This document shows, one piece after another, positions 55,466-56,775 of a stretch of DNA of 56,775 nucleotides. The stretch's first letter is position 1. Each line of letters begins with the position of its first letter. The notes beneath the pieces are model-generated. The model was not told the DNA's origin. It did no database searches and was given only the letters and a program-made list of their open reading frames with translations. The DNA is from a virus (lineage: Duplodnaviria; Caudoviricetes). The translations under genes were made by a program, and so were the position numbers. Where the stretch lies: the IMG/VR virus record IMGVR_UViG_3300015360_000005, positions 1 through 56,775 of that record; one strand, 5' to 3'.

Positions 55466-56775
55466 ATGGCTGATTTCAATGCAAACAAATCGTTCAAGGC
55501 GATTATATCAATCCTGGTCGTGAGCGGACTAGCCACAGTCGGATATTTATCGATTGCGAATTATGCCGACTACGCCGAGGTCGTCAGTCCTGCTGCTCCT
55601 GCTGCTGGCAAGGTTCGCATGTATGCGAAGGACGACGGCAAATTCTACAAGAAAGACAGCGCTGGCGTTGAGTCCTCACTCGGCGATGGATCGAGTGATG
55701 ATGCAAGCAATCTGATCACAGGCACGTTAAGTGATGCAAGATTATCCAACAACGTACCGCTGAAAAACGCGGCGAACGTCTTCACACAGACCACGACGTT
55801 TTCAATTCCTATCGCTGTATCCAGCGGCGGGACGGGCGCAACGACATCCTCGACTGCAAGGAAGGCACTGAACACTGCGAAAGCCCTCGCGTCTGCTACG
55901 TTTAACGTCACGACTTGGACAGCCAGAGCTGCCTCCGAGGTTAATTTCTGGGCTTCAGTCTGTTGGTCTCCCGAACTGAGTTTATTTTGTGCCGTTTCAG
56001 GTGACGGCACAAACCGAGTCATGACCTCCCCCGACGGAACGACTTGGACTGCCAGAGCTGCCTCCGAGGCTAATCAGTGGAATTCCGTCTGTTGGTCACC
56101 AGAGCTATCTTTATTCTGTGCCGTTTCAATCGGTGGCACAAACCGAGTCATGACCTCCCCCAACGGAACGACTTGGACTGCCAGAGCTGCCTCCGAGGCT
56201 AATTCTTGGTATTCCGTCTGCTGGTCACCCGAACTGAGTTTATTTTGCGCCACTTCACTCAGCGGCACAAACCGAGTCATGACCTCCCCCGACGGAACGA
56301 CTTGGACTGCCAGAGCTGCCTCCGAGGCTAATTCTTGGCGTTCCGTCTGTTGGTCTCCCGAACTGAGTTTATTTTGTGCTGCTTCAAGCGACGGCACAAA
56401 CCGAGTCATGACGAGTCCGAACGGAACGATCTGGACAGCCAGAGCTGCCTCCGAGGCTAATTCTTGGCGTTCCGTCTGCTGGTCGCCGGAACTGAGTTTA
56501 TTCTGTGTCGTTTCAACCAGCGGCACAAACCGAGTCATGACCTCACCCGACGGAACGACTTGGACAGCACGTGCTGCTTCAGAAGCTAATCAGTGGCTTT
56601 CCGTCTGTTGGTCGCCAGAACTGAGTTTATTTTGTGCCGCTTCAATCGACGGCACAAACCGAGTCATGACGAGTCCGAACGGAACGACCTGGACAGCCAG
56701 AGCTGCCTCCGAGGCTAATTCTTGGTATTTAGTCTGTTGGTCACCCGAGCTGAGTTTATTTTGTGCCGTTTCAGG
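55466..56775 (+). CDS. N-terminal part of the double-propeller fibre/adhesin gene (absent from the ORF track because it runs off the end)
   Basis: GGAGGAG RBS; MADFNANKSFKAIISILVVSGLATVGYLSIA...; open to the end and in frame with 14..2236. Confidence 0.85.
   Translation, partial: MADFNANKSFKAIISILVVSGLATVGYLSIANYADYAEVVSPAAPAAGKVRMYAKDDGKFYKKDSAGVESSLGDGSSDDASNLITGTLSDARLSNNVPLKNAANVFTQTTTFSIPIAVSSGGTGATTSSTARKALNTAKALASATFNVTTWTARAASEVNFWASVCWSPELSLFCAVSGDGTNRVMTSPDGTTWTARAASEANQWNSVCWSPELSLFCAVSIGGTNRVMTSPNGTTWTARAASEANSWYSVCWSPELSLFCATSLSGTNRVMTSPDGTTWTARAASEANSWRSVCWSPELSLFCAASSDGTNRVMTSPNGTIWTARAASEANSWRSVCWSPELSLFCVVSTSGTNRVMTSPDGTTWTARAASEANQWLSVCWSPELSLFCAASIDGTNRVMTSPNGTTWTARAASEANSWYLVCWSPELSLFCAVS
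55911..56775 (+). repeat. Tandem 129-bp repeats (first propeller; seven units including the one at the join)
   Basis: EVNFWAS, EANQWNS, EANSWYS, EANSWRS, EANSWRS, EANQWLS, EANSWYL. Confidence 0.95.
56653..56775. repeat. Terminal direct repeat, right copy
   Basis: Identical to 1-123. Confidence 0.9.

Noticed and set aside
1-56775. Complete DGR, retron or other RT system
   Set aside because: No ORF shows reverse transcriptase motifs; MFDDD in 43708 is a glycosyltransferase DxD.
1-56775. tRNAs, integrase, introns/inteins, stop-codon recoding
   Set aside because: None seen; core genes are uninterrupted and coding density is high in the standard code. A tRNA scan was not run.

Overview
The window looks like a complete, circularly permuted tailed-phage genome of about 56,652 bp: bases 1-123 repeat exactly at 56653-56775, and one ORF reads in frame across the join. 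All credible genes are on the + strand. One half is a siphovirus-like morphogenesis arm (54340 through the join to 24432). The other is a replication and nucleotide-metabolism arm (24781-53417) with primase-helicase, family A polymerase, SNF2 helicase, ligase and class II RNR. I saw no integrase, reverse transcriptase, tRNA or recognisable endolysin. The main finding is four type II hammerhead ribozymes (34549-36102) placed between consecutive small genes behind an extended -10 promoter and a hairpin-rich leader of about 370 nt; they should cut that transcript into one-gene RNAs with ligatable ends. Other highlights: a DNA hypermodification gene set mixing cytosine-type and hmU-type parts with a sugar-activation module; a duplicated ~230-bp inverted-repeat element at both arm boundaries; a double 7-blade propeller adhesin with DGR-like codon variation; three (Cys-x-x)n paralogues that switch reading frame; a free-standing Pol I O-helix mini-gene; and a terminase with an extra degenerate ATPase-like domain. 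All protein calls come from motif recognition by eye, not database searches.
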